The notes under the pieces: generated by a model
What the model was told of the DNA's origin: nothing
The model's database searches: none
What the model saw: only the letters and a program-made list of their open reading frames with translations
Origin: Naegleria gruberi
Lineage: Eukaryota
Direction: 5' to 3' (one strand)
Assembly (NCBI GenBank): GCA_000004985.1
Contig: GG738855.1
DNA length: 64,000 nucleotides
Part shown: piece after piece, positions 63,521-64,000 of the stretch
How positions within the stretch are numbered: the first letter of the stretch is position 1
Layout of the letters: each line of letters begins with the position of its first letter
Made by a program: the position numbers and the translations under genes

Positions 63521-64000
63521 ATGATGATGTCTACCCAAACAACTCCTTCATTGCCTCTTCGTTCCTCTAGGAGCAACAACAAAAAACAACCCTTCTCCAA
63601 CATTTTTACCTTCTTTGATCATTCAAGATTAGATGGATGGCAAAAGAAGAGTAAAGTATTTCACCACCCACAAATAGCCAATCTCCTTCCTCAAGGTGTG
63701 CAAACAGGTATAACAACAGGAAGTAAAACATCAAAAGAAAAGAATTCTATTCCAACTGGTAATAACACAACATCATCATCAGCATCGGCTATTATTCAAC
63801 AACATAGTGTTTTATCTGTTCTCTATTCAAGTACATCAGCTTTAGATTCTCAAAGACTAGACAAATCAAATATTACATCTGTTGCAGCCAGTAAGAATAT
63901 TTTGTTCTTTTCTGATGATCACGGAAACATTCACACTATTGATACTCACAAAAAGGAACATACTTGTTTTGTAGGAATTTTCTCCAAGTCTCTTAATTCT
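63521..64000 (+). CDS. 5' part of a gene running off the window (MMMSTQTTPSLPLRSSRSNNKKQPFSN...ILFFSDDHGNIHTIDTHKKEHTCFVGIFSKSLNS). Possible beta-propeller start.
   Basis: Open frame from the ATG at 63521 to the window end with coding-like composition. It is not in the ORF track because no stop is reached. An S-rich linker is followed by a WD/propeller-like first blade. Confidence 0.35.
   Translation, partial: MMMSTQTTPSLPLRSSRSNNKKQPFSNIFTFFDHSRLDGWQKKSKVFHHPQIANLLPQGVQTGITTGSKTSKEKNSIPTGNNTTSSSASAIIQQHSVLSVLYSSTSALDSQRLDKSNITSVAASKNILFFSDDHGNIHTIDTHKKEHTCFVGIFSKSLNS

Noticed and set aside
1-64000. tRNA/rRNA genes, transposons/LTRs, CRISPR arrays, prokaryotic operons or defence systems
   Set aside because: I scanned spacers for tRNA T-loop/box B-like strings (GGTTCGAnnC), long direct or inverted repeats and repeat-spacer arrays and found none. 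The window is spliceosomal-intron-containing eukaryotic DNA, so prokaryotic system types do not apply.

Overview
This window reads as nuclear DNA from an AT-rich eukaryote, most likely a dictyostelid-type social amoeba (Amoebozoa), though not the extreme ~78% AT of D. discoideum. Supporting signals are poly-Q/poly-N/PT-rich linkers, codon third positions biased to A/T, and very short spliceosomal introns (38-75 nt, rarely ~160 nt) with GTAAGT/GTATGT donors and ...AG acceptors. Intergenic spacers are tiny, often under 200 bp. The ORF track reports GTG/TTG as 'M', so I moved many starts to the first in-frame ATG. I can support about 30 protein-coding genes, many of them multi-exon. They include a TRIP12/UFD4-type ARM-WWE-HECT E3 ligase, a Rac-like GTPase, a membrane-anchored subtilase, HIBCH, an ASNSD1-like amidotransferase, WDR3/UTP12, a spinster-like MFS transporter, NDUFAF3, an adrenodoxin-type ferredoxin, HscB, a TTL-family protein, a 2108-aa HEAT/ARM giant, MRPS16, COQ9, a PH-RasGEF, a large TRAPP-II-like protein and several uncharacterised genes. 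I saw no rRNA/tRNA genes, transposons, CRISPR arrays or prokaryote-style operons or defence islands. The notable items are: micro-exons of 11, 17 and 20 nt that encode active-site motifs; two homopolymer-associated frame problems; and a recurrent GC-rich promoter-proximal motif, ATGAGCGCA, next to mitochondrial Fe-S genes. The window is also extremely compact, with one ATG 18 bp after the upstream gene's stop and one convergent pair whose stops are 14 bp apart. One composite 5-kb gene joins WW-like, PH-like and unknown domains. All exon/intron models were hand-built from the sequence and are uncertain at single-nucleotide level.
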